Below, piece by piece: positions 38,045 to 49,134 of a stretch of DNA of 64,000 nt. The stretch covers positions 25,856 to 89,855 of the forward strand of contig CAYRUS010000001.1 of NCBI GenBank assembly GCA_964427735.1, given 5' to 3'. The DNA comes from an uncultured Gammaproteobacteria bacterium (GTDB lineage Bacteria > Patescibacteriota > Microgenomatia > UBA8517). Each line of letters opens with the position of its first letter. The stretch's first letter is position 1. The position numbers and the translations under genes were made by a program. The notes beneath the pieces were generated by a model. It saw nothing but the letters and a program-made list of their open reading frames with translations, was not told the DNA's origin and made no database searches.

Positions 38045-39376
38045 CTATTTTCTCTCAATAATATACGTATAAGGATGGTACAAAAATGCAGCAGGAGAAT
38101 CTTCTAATAAAAACCTTTGGAAATCTAAATAAAGAGTTCTTCTAGTTTCCTGATTAATTTCCTTACGACCATCTTCAAGCAATTTATCAATACGAGGATT
38201 TTTGTATCGGGAAATGTTTGTAACACTTTGAGTGGAGTGCCAGAATGAATATTGATCTGGATCTATCGGAGGATCAAATATTGTCAAAAATGCATCAAAT
38301 TCAGTAGGCACGATTGAAGAAACCTGAATAACTACATTAAATCCAAGCTGTCTCCAATAATCAGCGATTTTTTCTGCTTCATTTAATAAAACTGGAGAGG
38401 TTACAAACCTCAATGGCTTTTCCTTTTCCTCTTTAGGTGTATCTTTTAACAGTTCCTTTGCGCGATCCGGGTCAAAGTCGTATTTTTTGACCAACGGATT
38501 GTAAGCCCAATAATCTGGATGAACAGGACTAAATGCTCTTTCACCGTCAAATGAATCCTTATCTATTGCATAAGTTAATGCTTGCCTAACAGCCTTTTCA
38601 GCTACAACACTGCCAGTTTGTGTATCTGTATTAAAAAACAAGGTAACTATTGAAGATTTATTTACTTTTTTTTGAATATTATTTGTTTGCCACTTATCCA
38701 AAGGATCAGAATTTACAATATTTATCAATTTATCCACTTCTCCAAGCTGAAATGCAGTTTTGGCTGCTTCTTCTGTAGGGTAAAATCGGTAAATTTTTTT
38801 ATCTTTTTTGCTGCTTTCTAAATAAATTTCCTTTGTGTAATTATTTGAAAGGGTTATATCTTTTACCACCCACTCACCTGTCCCTAATAATCCTTTTCTA
38901 AAAGTTGGTTTAGACACAATAGAAGGAAACGGTGTGTATTCCTCTTCTAACTTAAAAACTATTGTGTTTTCGCTCGGTCTCTCTATAGTAGTATCACTGA
39001 ACTCATAATTAATTGTGTCGCTACTTACCAAGCTATTATCTTGCCAGACCAATCCTTCTTTTAATGTAAAAACCCATGTTTTCCCTGCATCAGGAGTTTC
39101 CCACGATTCAGCCAAATTAGGACTAACAGTACCGTTCGTATCAATACTTGTTAAACCATCACCTATTTCTTCTAAAATATCTATTGGTAAATTGTCTAAA
39201 TAATACCTGCCGGAAACTCCAATAATTTCGTTAGATTTTAACAACCTCGCATTAATAATAGATGTTGCTCCAAAAAATACACCAATACCGATAAAGATTC
39301 CAAAAAGAATTAGGATTTTAAATCTAGATATAAATGCCAAAGTAAGTCGTGTGTAATAACGAAGAGTTAATAACAT
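38045..39376 (-). CDS. ABC transporter family 5 solute-binding protein, membrane anchored
   Basis: PNLAESW, WVFTLK, GTGEW, VRQALTYAIDK, YKNPRIDKLLE. Confidence 0.85.
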   Translation of the reverse strand: MLLTLRYYTRLTLAFISRFKILILFGIFIGIGVFFGATSIINARLLKSNEIIGVSGRYYLDNLPIDILEEIGDGLTSIDTNGTVSPNLAESWETPDAGKTWVFTLKEGLVWQDNSLVSSDTINYEFSDTTIERPSENTIVFKLEEEYTPFPSIVSKPTFRKGLLGTGEWVVKDITLSNNYTKEIYLESSKKDKKIYRFYPTEEAAKTAFQLGEVDKLINIVNSDPLDKWQTNNIQKKVNKSSIVTLFFNTDTQTGSVVAEKAVRQALTYAIDKDSFDGERAFSPVHPDYWAYNPLVKKYDFDPDRAKELLKDTPKEEKEKPLRFVTSPVLLNEAEKIADYWRQLGFNVVIQVSSIVPTEFDAFLTIFDPPIDPDQYSFWHSTQSVTNISRYKNPRIDKLLEDGRKEINQETRRTLYLDFQRFLLEDSPAAFLYHPYTYIIERK

Positions 39377-39414
39377 TTTATTTAATTTATAAGTTCAGAT
39401 GCGATAATAATTTT

Positions 39415-39630
39415 CTATAAAGCAACTTGCAAAATAGAAATAACAGTGAAGATAAACGCTACAACAAAAGTTGCCTTAAAAAGTAACTTTTCTAGCCCCC
39501 TTCTTGTGAATGAAGAAGCTTTTCCAGAGCCCCACACTCTTCCCAGTCCGGAACCTTTTGATTGCACTGTTACCAATCCTACTAATAAGACTCCTGAAAT
39601 AATTTGAATGACTAAAACAAAATCTTTCAT
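39415..39630 (-). CDS. secG: Preprotein translocase subunit SecG
   Basis: TM-QSKGSGLG...TRRGLEKLL-TM. Confidence 0.9.
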   Translation of the reverse strand: MKDFVLVIQIISGVLLVGLVTVQSKGSGLGRVWGSGKASSFTRRGLEKLLFKATFVVAFIFTVISILQVAL

Positions 39631-39668
39631 ACAAAAGTATTATAACTCATATTTTATAAATTTTTAAA

Positions 39669-40073
39669 CTAATCTAAAAATGCATGTAAAAATGAAGTAA
39701 TTATAGAAATAATTAACCCAAACATTATAAGAGCTAATACACCATCTGGAAGGTTAATAGAAGGAATATCTATCCATTTTGAAAAATAACCAGAAAATCT
39801 AAAGCCATTTACCGAAAATCCACTTACTGCTAAAGAAACTATATATAAAGTAATAGCAGAGGATATCCACCTGAATAAACCAAACGTAATTAAATTTATA
39901 GGAAGTATTAAGGCATTTATCACTGGCTTTCCAAAAAAAGTGGTAATTGTTAAAGCTATGCCTGCAATCAAAAGCGTTTTGTGTCCATTTTCAAAAACTA
40001 TTCCTTCTGCAATATTGCTAGCTAAATAAAGAGAAAAAGTATAAATGATAAAATAGCGGACAGTCTTCTTCAT
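39669..40073 (-). CDS. 4-TM YvlD/DUF360 family membrane protein
   Basis: KPVINALILPINLITFGLF motif. Confidence 0.8.
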   Translation of the reverse strand: MKKTVRYFIIYTFSLYLASNIAEGIVFENGHKTLLIAGIALTITTFFGKPVINALILPINLITFGLFRWISSAITLYIVSLAVSGFSVNGFRFSGYFSKWIDIPSINLPDGVLALIMFGLIISIITSFLHAFLD

Positions 40074-40120
40074 AAATTCATTATATAAAATTTAACATTA
40101 TCAATCGAATTAACTAAGGA

Positions 40121-41443
40121 TTATATTGAAGTCAACTCTTTTTGCAGTAATTTATGGTGGTATCTCCTTGCAAATCTATGAGCTTCATCTCTAATTCTTT
40201 GCACAAGATTTTTTGCACCACCTTTCGGGAGCTTCATTTCCTTAAACTTTATGACTCCTCTATGTTCTGCAGGAATTATTAGTTTTTCCTCTCGCTTAGC
40301 AATACCAACAACCTGTACTCCTGCTTTTCTCATTACACTTAAAAAGACACCAACTTGAGTTCTACCACCATCAACAATAATTAAGTCAGGCATACCCCAA
40401 TCAGCAAACCTTTTTTCTCTCCGAATAGCAATTTCCCTCATGCTATCAACATCGCTCCTGGTTTTATTTTGACGGATTTTAAAATGGCGATACATTGATT
40501 TATCAGCCTCTCCATTTATAAAAGTAACCATGGAAGCAGTAGCTTTTATACCAGAAAGATGAGCTATATCAAAACATTCAATTCTCTGAAGCTTCTGAGG
40601 TACCCAAGCATGCTTGGCTATTATTTCTCTTAGCTGTGTTATTTCATTTAACCTAATGTCTTCTTTTAAATTAGGGTCTTTTATATATTCGGAAGCAGGT
40701 ACTGTAGGTCTTGTTATATAATCCAAGTTGCTTATTTGTTTTTTTACTTTGGCAGCTTCTTCATAGTTTTCTTCTTTGGATAATTTCTCCATTTTCTTCA
40801 CCATATTTTTTCTGACTGAAGTTATTCTTCCTGTAAGGACCCCTCTTATCATCCTTATATTATAGTTATATTCTTTTTTATAAATGCTTTTGATTTTTGC
40901 ATTTTTAATACTTTCAATAGAGTTTGGACAAGGATCACATAACCCTAACTGACTATATAGACATTTTCTTTTTCCTAGCTTGTGTGTTGCATACGGAAAT
41001 GATCTTCTTAGCTGCTTCAAGACAGAATAAACTGTTCTAGATGAAGGAAATGGCCCAAAGGAAATTTTGCTATCTATATCTTTGTCAGCCTTTCTAGCTG
41101 TTATTACCCTTGGATATGTTTCATTAGTAATTTTTATGTATAGCGGATGTTTATCATCCTTTAATTCAACATTATAAGGTGGAGAAAATTTTTTTATTAA
41201 TTTAGCTTCCAATAACAATGCCTCTAAATCAGACGTTGTCTTTATATAAGAAATATAATCAGATGTCTCGATCATTTTTTTTGTTTTACCAGATAAACTG
41301 CTGTGGAAATAACTTTTTACCCTATTTTTTAAATTAATTGCCTTCCCCACATAATGGGGCTCTTCCTTATTCCAAAAAATATAAACTCCCGAATCTTCAG
41401 GAACATTTTTAATTGTACTTTTGCTTATTTTATATTTATCCAT
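40121..41443 (-). CDS. uvrC: Excinuclease ABC subunit C (short form)
   Basis: GIY-YIG (GVY..YVGKAINLKNRV), UVR motif, RIECFDIAH, DGG, RDEAHRFA. Confidence 0.93.
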   Translation of the reverse strand: MDKYKISKSTIKNVPEDSGVYIFWNKEEPHYVGKAINLKNRVKSYFHSSLSGKTKKMIETSDYISYIKTTSDLEALLLEAKLIKKFSPPYNVELKDDKHPLYIKITNETYPRVITARKADKDIDSKISFGPFPSSRTVYSVLKQLRRSFPYATHKLGKRKCLYSQLGLCDPCPNSIESIKNAKIKSIYKKEYNYNIRMIRGVLTGRITSVRKNMVKKMEKLSKEENYEEAAKVKKQISNLDYITRPTVPASEYIKDPNLKEDIRLNEITQLREIIAKHAWVPQKLQRIECFDIAHLSGIKATASMVTFINGEADKSMYRHFKIRQNKTRSDVDSMREIAIRREKRFADWGMPDLIIVDGGRTQVGVFLSVMRKAGVQVVGIAKREEKLIIPAEHRGVIKFKEMKLPKGGAKNLVQRIRDEAHRFARRYHHKLLQKELTSI

Positions 41444-41463
41444 AAGTATTTAATGAAGAATTG

Positions 41464-43299
41464 TCATTTAGTTCGCCTTAATAATAGCAGAAACCTTTTA
41501 AAACTGAATTTTTTAATCTTTACCAAAAATAACAAGACAACGACAGTCAATATTGTAAAGGTTGAGAGCAAATTAGTAATAATAATCGAGACCTTTCCAG
41601 TTGCTATACTTTCTCTTATAAAGCCTGATTTTACCCCTATCTGATTTGGAATATTTTCACCTATTAAATTAAACGGAGTTTTTTTACTAAGTGTATAAGT
41701 AGAGTACGGAGCAATAAACTCTGCTGTGTTTACTTCTTTTAGAGAGTCATCGAAATAAACCTCCAAATCGTGGTTATAAAGAGCATTAGGACCGGGGTTG
41801 TAAACTTTTATGAAATATTCCTGTGGCAAAAAAGGTATATGAGTTCCTCTTTCTATTTCTATCAAAATAGGCTTTATTGTCTTATTTGGGGATTGAGCAA
41901 AATTGACAAATACATCCTTTTGGGGATTTGAACCAAGTTTGTAAGATCCAGGTGGGTATGGCTTAACAGGATCAATGCCATGGATAACAAACGTAAAATG
42001 CCTTAAATCGATTTTCTCAAAAAAATCATTACCACTGGTAGCTCCCCAAGTTGGATCAACTGGAATCCAAACGCCTTTTGATTCATCCCAATATTCAGGC
42101 CAAGCATGTAAAACATCAGCCACTAAGGAAAGCGGTTGTATTTCTGGATTTTCTGTATAAGCATAACCATTTACTTCTCTTGCAGGAATTCCTGCCGCAC
42201 GAGCTATTGCTATAAATGCGTCAGTAAACTCCATACAAATAGCGGAGTTTGGATTTTTGAGAGCTTCTACTGCTCCTAGTCTTTGTACATTAGATCTAAC
42301 CCTGGAGTAATCATAGTTGAGATTGTTGACAACATAATCATATATCGCTCGTGGAGTTTTTAGTTCATTTGCCAATCTAATTATTTCAGGGTCTGAAGTC
42401 TGCCAATATTCAGTCTCTTTAAGATAATCCTGTAAGTTCTGTCCTGGATAACTAAAGTTTCGCTGATAAGCAGAATAAAGTTCTACAGTACCTGCAACTA
42501 CCACATCAACTCTTTCTCTAGCACCTAGATTAAACACAGCCAACCAATTTCCATCTTTGTCTCTTTTTATTTCCTTTGGTTTTGGATTAATGTCCTCTAT
42601 ATAAACCTTCTGAAATGCAGTATCAGGCGGAATGGTTATTTCGACATCTGAGTTTTTTGGAAGTGGATTTTCTAGATGATAGTTAAGCAAAAAAGAATAT
42701 GCTTGAAGGTTCCCAAACGCCATTACAATTCCTGACTCAGAAATATGATTTTGATCAAAATCATATCGTCTATTTTCCCCCTGCTCTTTGAGGTCATAGG
42801 TATTTGGATCAACATATGCGATAGGTCCATATGCTTTTGGAATAACTACACTATAGCTTAAGTTTCTATACAAACTCTTATCAGTAACTGAAGGTACCAC
42901 TATTTCCCACACTTCACCTGTTCTTTTTGCCATACCTTTTACCATATATTCCACATTAAAATCTCTCACACTCCCCATACCAACAACGCTATCATCAAAA
43001 GTAATTCTTATTGAAGTCTTTTCATCCTCTCTCTTTATGTTAGTTTCTAATTGTTGATTGCTTTCATAAGCATTAACAGAATAAACATCAATATTAGATA
43101 AACTAAGTACAAAACTTTTGGCAAGTAAACTGCTTTGTGCATTTTCAAGTTTTATATTTTGTCTGACCAAAGTATCACCACTTTCCTTAAATTCATAAGT
43201 CATATGCGTATCAACATAAAATTCCTGTGCTTTTGTTGTTTGCCAAGAAAACAAAAAGAGTAAGCTAGCTAAAGTAAAAACAGTGGCTATAAATTTCAT
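41464..43299 (-). CDS. Secreted/membrane transglutaminase-like protein
   Basis: Signal peptide, AICMEF (Cys), HAWPE, DPTWG triad, C-terminal TM. Confidence 0.88.
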   Translation of the reverse strand: MKFIATVFTLASLLFLFSWQTTKAQEFYVDTHMTYEFKESGDTLVRQNIKLENAQSSLLAKSFVLSLSNIDVYSVNAYESNQQLETNIKREDEKTSIRITFDDSVVGMGSVRDFNVEYMVKGMAKRTGEVWEIVVPSVTDKSLYRNLSYSVVIPKAYGPIAYVDPNTYDLKEQGENRRYDFDQNHISESGIVMAFGNLQAYSFLLNYHLENPLPKNSDVEITIPPDTAFQKVYIEDINPKPKEIKRDKDGNWLAVFNLGARERVDVVVAGTVELYSAYQRNFSYPGQNLQDYLKETEYWQTSDPEIIRLANELKTPRAIYDYVVNNLNYDYSRVRSNVQRLGAVEALKNPNSAICMEFTDAFIAIARAAGIPAREVNGYAYTENPEIQPLSLVADVLHAWPEYWDESKGVWIPVDPTWGATSGNDFFEKIDLRHFTFVIHGIDPVKPYPPGSYKLGSNPQKDVFVNFAQSPNKTIKPILIEIERGTHIPFLPQEYFIKVYNPGPNALYNHDLEVYFDDSLKEVNTAEFIAPYSTYTLSKKTPFNLIGENIPNQIGVKSGFIRESIATGKVSIIITNLLSTFTILTVVVLLFLVKIKKFSFKRFLLLLRRTK

Positions 43300-43309
43300 T
43301 AACTTGACG

Positions 43310-46240
43310 TTATGAAGAAAGTGCATTTTTAAGATATTGAACAGTATAAGACTCATCATTTTTCATTATATCTTTTATTGTACCTTGTGTGACTACCATT
43401 CCACCTTCTGATCCTCCTTCAGGACCAATATCGATAATCCAGTCTGCATTTTTTATTACATCCATGTTGTGTTCAATAAGTAACACAGAGTTACCTCTGT
43501 TTACCAATTCTCTCAACACATTCATAAGTTTCTCTAAATCAGCAAAGTGCAATCCTGTCGTTGGTTCATCCAGAATATATACAGTATTTCCTGTGTCTCT
43601 TTTTGCCAGTTCGGCTGATAATTTAACTCTTTGGGCCTCTCCTCCAGAAAGTGTAGTTGCTGGCTGTCCAAGTTCCATATATCCTAACCCTACCTGTTCA
43701 AGTGTTTCAAGTCTTTTAACAATAGGTGGATGTGCATGAAAAAACTCCTTTGCCTCTAAAATTGTCATTTCCAAAACATCAGCAATATTTTTTCCTTTAT
43801 ATATTATTTCAAGAGTTTGTTCATTGTATCTTTTGCCCTTACAGACTTCGCATTCAACCCAGATATCACTCATAAATTGCATTTCAATTTTTATCTGACC
43901 CTGACCTTCGCATGCCTCGCAACGCCCACCTTTTACATTAAAAGAAAAGCGACCTTTTTTAAATCCAGATATTTTTGCATCTCTTGTCTCTGCAAAAACA
44001 TCTCTAACATAATCAAAAAGTTTAGTATATGTTGCTGGATTACTTCGAGGCGTTCTTCCTATTGGAGATTGATCAATCAGGATCACTTTATCAACATTCT
44101 CAACCCCAGTTATTTTCTCATATTTACCAATCTCTCCATTGTGATATGGATTAAAATGCTTCATCAAAGCAGGGTAAAGGGTATCAACAAGGAGTGAAGA
44201 CTTTCCACTACCGGAAACTCCGGTTATAACAACCATTCTCCCCAAAGGAAACTCTACATCAATATTTTTTAAATTATACTGACTACAGCCATATATTTTA
44301 ATTTTCTTTTCCTTTATTCCATTTTTCTCTAAACTACCAATTTTAATTTTCTTTTTTCCGGATAAATATTTGCCTGTGATAGAATTTGAATCTTTTTGAA
44401 TTTCTTCAGGTGTTCCTTGGGCTATTACAGCTCCACCGAACTTCCCTGCTTGAGGACCAAAATCAACAACATAATCAGATTGTCTAATCATATCTTCGTC
44501 GTGCTCTACAACAACAACACTATTACCTAAATCTCTTAGCTTTTTTAAAGTATCAATTAATCTTTGATTATCTCTTTGATGTAAACCAATAGTTGGTTCG
44601 TCTAAAACATACAAAACCCCAGACAAACCTGAACCGATTTGACTAGCCAATCTAATTCTCTGAGCTTCTCCCCCTGATAAAGTAGAAGATGATCTGTCAA
44701 TAGTAAGATACTGCAACCCAACTGACTTAAGAAAATCTAATCTTACTTTGATCTCCTTTAAAATTAATTTTCCTATTTGGGACTCACGATCAGCGCTTTC
44801 TTCACTTTTTTTAAGTAAATCGCTTACCCATTCCAAAGAGTCATTAATTGACACTGAAGCTACATCAGCAATTGACAAATCATTTATTGTTATACTTAAA
44901 GCCTGCTTTTTTAATCTACTACCATTGCATTTTGGACAAACCTTTTCTCTCATATATTTTTCGATACTGGATCTTACATGATCAGAATCTGTGTTTGCAT
45001 GCCTCTTTTCTAACTCTGCAATAACGCCTGGAAATTCTTCGTATATATGGGTTATTCTTCCTTGTCTGTTCTTACCCTCCACTCTATATGATTTATCTCC
45101 TGTTCCGTCAAGTAATAATTGAATTTGGCTTTTGGTTAAATTTTTAATAGGTTCTCTGGGATCGATACCATTTTCTTCTGCTACTGTTTTTAGAATTCTT
45201 GCATACCACGTATCATGTTCGAACAAATTAGCGAATGGAAGTATGCCACCTTCAGTTATAGATAAGTCTTCAGAAAAAATTAAATCCGGTTCAACTTTCT
45301 GAATTCTGCCAATTCCTGAACACTCCTCACATGCTCCATGAGGAGAATTGAATGAAAATGTTCTTGGCTCTATTTCTGGAAGTTGAATATTATCAAACGG
45401 ACAAGCAAACTTTTCAGAATACAACCGATCACTAAAATCTTTTGGTTTTGATGGCATCTCTAGACTGCTATCTTTGATTTTAGAAATAATAACAAGACCT
45501 TCTGACATATTAAGTGCTGTTTCAACAGAATCATTAATTCTCTTTTTGAAAGAATCAGTAGCAACTTCATCCTCAAATATATTTTTGCTTACTGATACTC
45601 TATCAACCACTGCATCAATTGAGTGCTTATTTGTTTTTATTAATACAAATTCTTCACTTAGATCTCTAATATGACCATCAACCCTTACCTGTGTAAATCC
45701 TTTGGCTTTTAAGTTAGCAAACAATGAAGTAAACTCACCTTTTTTATCGGTTACTATCGGGGATAAAATATAATACCTTGCAACCTTTTCTGTTTTTATA
45801 TCTTCTTTCATTACTTTTACTGAAGAATCAACTATCTGATCAACAGTCTGGCTTACTATTTCTCGTCCACAAATCGGACAATGAGGATGCCCAATCCTTG
45901 CAAAAAGAAGTCTAAGATAATCATAAACTTCTGTTATTGTTCCCACAGTAGATCTTGGATTTTTTGAGGTTGTCTTTTGGTCAATGGAGATGGCAGGTGA
46001 AAGACCTTCTATTGTGTCTATATCCGGCTTTTCCATAACACCCAAAAACTGCCTTGCATATGTAGAAAGGCTCTCTACATATCGTCTTTGTCCTTCAGCG
46101 TATATTGTGTCGAAGGCAAGAGAGCTTTTACCACTTCCTGATACACCTGTAAAAACTACAAGCTTATTTTTAGGGATATCCAGATTCACATTTTTTAAGT
46201 TATGTTGTCTAGCCCCTCTTATTTTTATTTTATCGTCCAT
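43310..46240 (-). CDS. uvrA: Excinuclease ABC subunit A
   Basis: GARQHNLKN, two Walker A motifs GVSGSGKSS, LSGGEAQR twice, zinc fingers. Confidence 0.99.
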   Translation of the reverse strand: MDDKIKIRGARQHNLKNVNLDIPKNKLVVFTGVSGSGKSSLAFDTIYAEGQRRYVESLSTYARQFLGVMEKPDIDTIEGLSPAISIDQKTTSKNPRSTVGTITEVYDYLRLLFARIGHPHCPICGREIVSQTVDQIVDSSVKVMKEDIKTEKVARYYILSPIVTDKKGEFTSLFANLKAKGFTQVRVDGHIRDLSEEFVLIKTNKHSIDAVVDRVSVSKNIFEDEVATDSFKKRINDSVETALNMSEGLVIISKIKDSSLEMPSKPKDFSDRLYSEKFACPFDNIQLPEIEPRTFSFNSPHGACEECSGIGRIQKVEPDLIFSEDLSITEGGILPFANLFEHDTWYARILKTVAEENGIDPREPIKNLTKSQIQLLLDGTGDKSYRVEGKNRQGRITHIYEEFPGVIAELEKRHANTDSDHVRSSIEKYMREKVCPKCNGSRLKKQALSITINDLSIADVASVSINDSLEWVSDLLKKSEESADRESQIGKLILKEIKVRLDFLKSVGLQYLTIDRSSSTLSGGEAQRIRLASQIGSGLSGVLYVLDEPTIGLHQRDNQRLIDTLKKLRDLGNSVVVVEHDEDMIRQSDYVVDFGPQAGKFGGAVIAQGTPEEIQKDSNSITGKYLSGKKKIKIGSLEKNGIKEKKIKIYGCSQYNLKNIDVEFPLGRMVVITGVSGSGKSSLLVDTLYPALMKHFNPYHNGEIGKYEKITGVENVDKVILIDQSPIGRTPRSNPATYTKLFDYVRDVFAETRDAKISGFKKGRFSFNVKGGRCEACEGQGQIKIEMQFMSDIWVECEVCKGKRYNEQTLEIIYKGKNIADVLEMTILEAKEFFHAHPPIVKRLETLEQVGLGYMELGQPATTLSGGEAQRVKLSAELAKRDTGNTVYILDEPTTGLHFADLEKLMNVLRELVNRGNSVLLIEHNMDVIKNADWIIDIGPEGGSEGGMVVTQGTIKDIMKNDESYTVQYLKNALSS

Positions 46241-46332
46241 TTTGTCCACGCAGTGGCCGCCAGCGGTTTATAAAGAGTATCCGTGGCACAAATGCTATCT
46301 TAGTCTATGAAGTGAGTTTTTGCAATAGAAAT

Positions 46333-46348
46333 TTCGGGTTTTATTTGA
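46333..46348 (+). promoter_or_regulatory. Degenerate LexA operator next to the uvrA promoter
   Basis: TTCGG GTTTTA TTTGA, 7 nt from a minus-strand TTGCAA-17-TAAGAT promoter; shares TTCGGGTTTTATT with the lexA site. Confidence 0.5.
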
Positions 46349-46359
46349 TGATGCTGGAA

Positions 46360-46989
46360 TTACTTTTCATCAATATTAGAAGATGTATCACCTTCAACTT
46401 TACCAAAACCAAAAGGGGGGAGGTATTGCCATGCATTCACTGGAGGTCCGTGTCTTTCATCCCATTCTTTACTGGATGCTAAATCATTTACAAATCTCGC
46501 ATATTCCTCAGCCACAGCTGGATCTTTAATACCTGTAACTGCTTGAACTTCATCAGTTAACAAGATCATTCCTTTCACCTCTCTTAAATGTTTTATAAGT
46601 TCTATAACTCTTTTTATGGGTTCGGAATGTTCTATGGGAAGTAATGGAAGTAATGTCCATGCAGGTCCTTTATGACCTTCGGATTTTCTTATTAATTCTT
46701 CTAAGTTGTTTTGATCTTCTTGTATTGCTTTTTCGAAATGTTCTTCTAATTGTTCATTAATGCCATTTATCCTACCATGAGTTGCATATAGATGGTTAAC
46801 CACGACGGTATATGCTTTGACTAATTCTTCGTCATCTAATCCTAATATAAGTGAGGTTGCTTTTTCTGTTAACTCTTTGTCTGTTACTACTATGAAACTT
46901 CCTAGCTGCTCTATAAGCGCAAACCGACCTGCTCTCTCTATTGATAATCTTTCTTGTTGCTCTTTATAACTCTCGTGTTCAACTCTCAT
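46360..46989 (-). CDS. Hypothetical protein
   Basis: 209 aa ORF between uvrB and uvrA. Confidence 0.7.
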   Translation of the reverse strand: MRVEHESYKEQQERLSIERAGRFALIEQLGSFIVVTDKELTEKATSLILGLDDEELVKAYTVVVNHLYATHGRINGINEQLEEHFEKAIQEDQNNLEELIRKSEGHKGPAWTLLPLLPIEHSEPIKRVIELIKHLREVKGMILLTDEVQAVTGIKDPAVAEEYARFVNDLASSKEWDERHGPPVNAWQYLPPFGFGKVEGDTSSNIDEK

Positions 46990-47019
46990 AATACGATGAT
47001 ATCAGCACTTTTAACAATG

Positions 47020-49074
47020 TCAATTCTCAATTTCCTTAATCTTATCTCTTATCTCTGCAGCTAATTCAAAATGCAAATCTTCTGCTGCAATTCTCATCTC
47101 TTTTTTAAGTTTTTTAACTAACTTTTTCTTCTCATTGGGTGTCATGCTATCAATGTCTATATGTGGCAACGTCTCAAAAGTAGTCTCCTCAAACCCTATT
47201 TCCCAAGGTTTAACAGTTTCTTTTGTTCTTAGTATTATTTGTTCTCTAATCGGCTTTTCAACAGACCTGGGTGTAATATTATGCTTCTTGTTATATTCTA
47301 TTTGGTATTCACGACGCCTTTCAACCTCGTCTAATGCCCGCTTCATCGAACCTGTAATAGAATCAGCATAAAGTATTACTTCTCCTTTAACATGTCTTGC
47401 TGCTCTTCCCATTGTTTGAATCAGTGTTACATCACTTCTCAGAAAACCCTCCTTATCCGCATCCAAAATTGCTACTAAAGAAACTTCTGGTAAGTCCAGC
47501 CCTTCACGAAGCAAATTTATTCCAACTAAACAATCATAATTTCCTTTTCTTAAGTCATCCAAAATATCAGTCCTATCCAAAGTATGTACATCTGAATGGA
47601 GATAATGAACCTTAATACCTTTCTCATCCAAGAACTGAGCTAAATCTTCAGCAGTTCGTTTGGTTAAAGTGGTTACCAACGTGCGCTCATTTTTCTTTAC
47701 TCTCTTTTTTATCTCTTCTATGACATCAGCAACTTGTGATTTTGTAGGTTTGACTTCAACCTCAGGATCAGGAATTCCGGTAGGTCTTATTAATTGCTCC
47801 ACAATTCCTTTTTCAGCTTTATCTGAACCATAAATCATAGCCGCAGATTCTCTTGCCTTTGACAATTCCCAATCTGCTGGTGTTGCACTAGTAGCAATAA
47901 AGTTCGGTATTCTTCTCATAAATTCTTCAAATTTTAATGGTCGATTATCCAAAGCAGAAGGCAACCTAAATCCATAGTCAATTAAAGTCTCTTTACGAGA
48001 CCTATCACCTGCATACATTCCTCTAATCTGGGGAAATGTAATATGGCTTTCATCCACTATTACTAGCCAGTCATCACCGAATGGTTTATTGAAATAATCC
48101 AAAAGAGAGTAAGGCGGATCTCCGGGGTTTCTACCGTCAAAATATCTGGAATAATTCTCAATTCCTTTTACATAACCAACTTCTTCTATCATTTCCAAGT
48201 CATAACTTACCCTTTGGGAAAGTCGATGAGCCTCTAGCTCTTTGCCTGCACCCTTTAGATCACTTACTCTTTTGTTTAAGTCTCCTCTAATTTGTTGAAA
48301 AATTTCTTTGTTATTTGTGTTCTCGGTTACAAAATGCTTAGCCGGGTAAAGAACAAATTCTGTCTCATCTTCTTTGGTAATTTGACCACTTACTGGATGA
48401 ATAACTTTTATTGAAGAAATTAAATCATCAAACAACTCAAGACGGAAAGCTTCATCCTGATAAGAAGGAAAGATATCTATTATATCTCCTCTTACTCTAA
48501 AACTACCTCGCTTAAATCCAAAATCAGCCCGTTCATATTGAAGATCAATTAGGTCTTTTAATATTTCATTTCTATCTTTTTTCTCTCCTTTTTTTATCTC
48601 TAATGCAAAATTACTATAATCGACAGGAGAACCAATGTTATAAATACAAGAAACTGATGCAACGACGACGACGTCTTTTCTGGTCATAAGGTTAGTTGTT
48701 GCAGCCAAACGTAGTTTATCTATTAACTCATTTATACCGGCATCTTTTTCTATATATGTATCTGTACTTGGAATATAAGCTTCTGGCTGATAGTAGTCGT
48801 AGTAAGACACGAAATAACTTACAGCATTATCCGGGAAAAAATCTTTAAATTCTTGATATAGTTGAGCTGCTAATGTCTTATTGTGAGAAATTATCAAAGT
48901 TGGCTTTTGGAGGTTCTCTATAACATTTGCTGCTGTGAAAGTTTTACCTGAACCAGTTACCCCTAAAAGAACTTGATAATCAATTCCATCTTCAATTCCC
49001 TTAGAAAGCAATTCTATAGCTTTTGATTGTTCTTTGATTGGCTTAAAGTTAGAATTTAGTTTAAATTTTGCCAT
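47020..49074 (-). CDS. uvrB: Excinuclease ABC subunit B
   Basis: GVTGSGKT, YYDYYQPEAY, DESH, GINLLREGLD, C-terminal UVR domain. Confidence 0.99.
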   Translation of the reverse strand: MAKFKLNSNFKPIKEQSKAIELLSKGIEDGIDYQVLLGVTGSGKTFTAANVIENLQKPTLIISHNKTLAAQLYQEFKDFFPDNAVSYFVSYYDYYQPEAYIPSTDTYIEKDAGINELIDKLRLAATTNLMTRKDVVVVASVSCIYNIGSPVDYSNFALEIKKGEKKDRNEILKDLIDLQYERADFGFKRGSFRVRGDIIDIFPSYQDEAFRLELFDDLISSIKVIHPVSGQITKEDETEFVLYPAKHFVTENTNNKEIFQQIRGDLNKRVSDLKGAGKELEAHRLSQRVSYDLEMIEEVGYVKGIENYSRYFDGRNPGDPPYSLLDYFNKPFGDDWLVIVDESHITFPQIRGMYAGDRSRKETLIDYGFRLPSALDNRPLKFEEFMRRIPNFIATSATPADWELSKARESAAMIYGSDKAEKGIVEQLIRPTGIPDPEVEVKPTKSQVADVIEEIKKRVKKNERTLVTTLTKRTAEDLAQFLDEKGIKVHYLHSDVHTLDRTDILDDLRKGNYDCLVGINLLREGLDLPEVSLVAILDADKEGFLRSDVTLIQTMGRAARHVKGEVILYADSITGSMKRALDEVERRREYQIEYNKKHNITPRSVEKPIREQIILRTKETVKPWEIGFEETTFETLPHIDIDSMTPNEKKKLVKKLKKEMRIAAEDLHFELAAEIRDKIKEIEN

Positions 49075-49088
49075 AAGATATATAATAC

Positions 49089-49104
49089 CCGAACTTATAT
49101 CGAA
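49089..49104 (-). promoter_or_regulatory. Putative LexA operator inside the uvrB promoter spacer
   Basis: Minus strand TTCGA TATAAG TTCGG between TTAACT and TATTAT (17 nt spacer). Confidence 0.72.
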
Positions 49105-49134
49105 AGTTAAGTATGAGTTTGTATAAAATACCTC

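Noticed and set aside
43389-46310. Several 60-126 aa plus-strand ORFs inside uvrA (similar ones inside uvrB, eno, ppsA and the GH gene)
   Set aside because: Antisense shadows of conserved genes with no independent signals.
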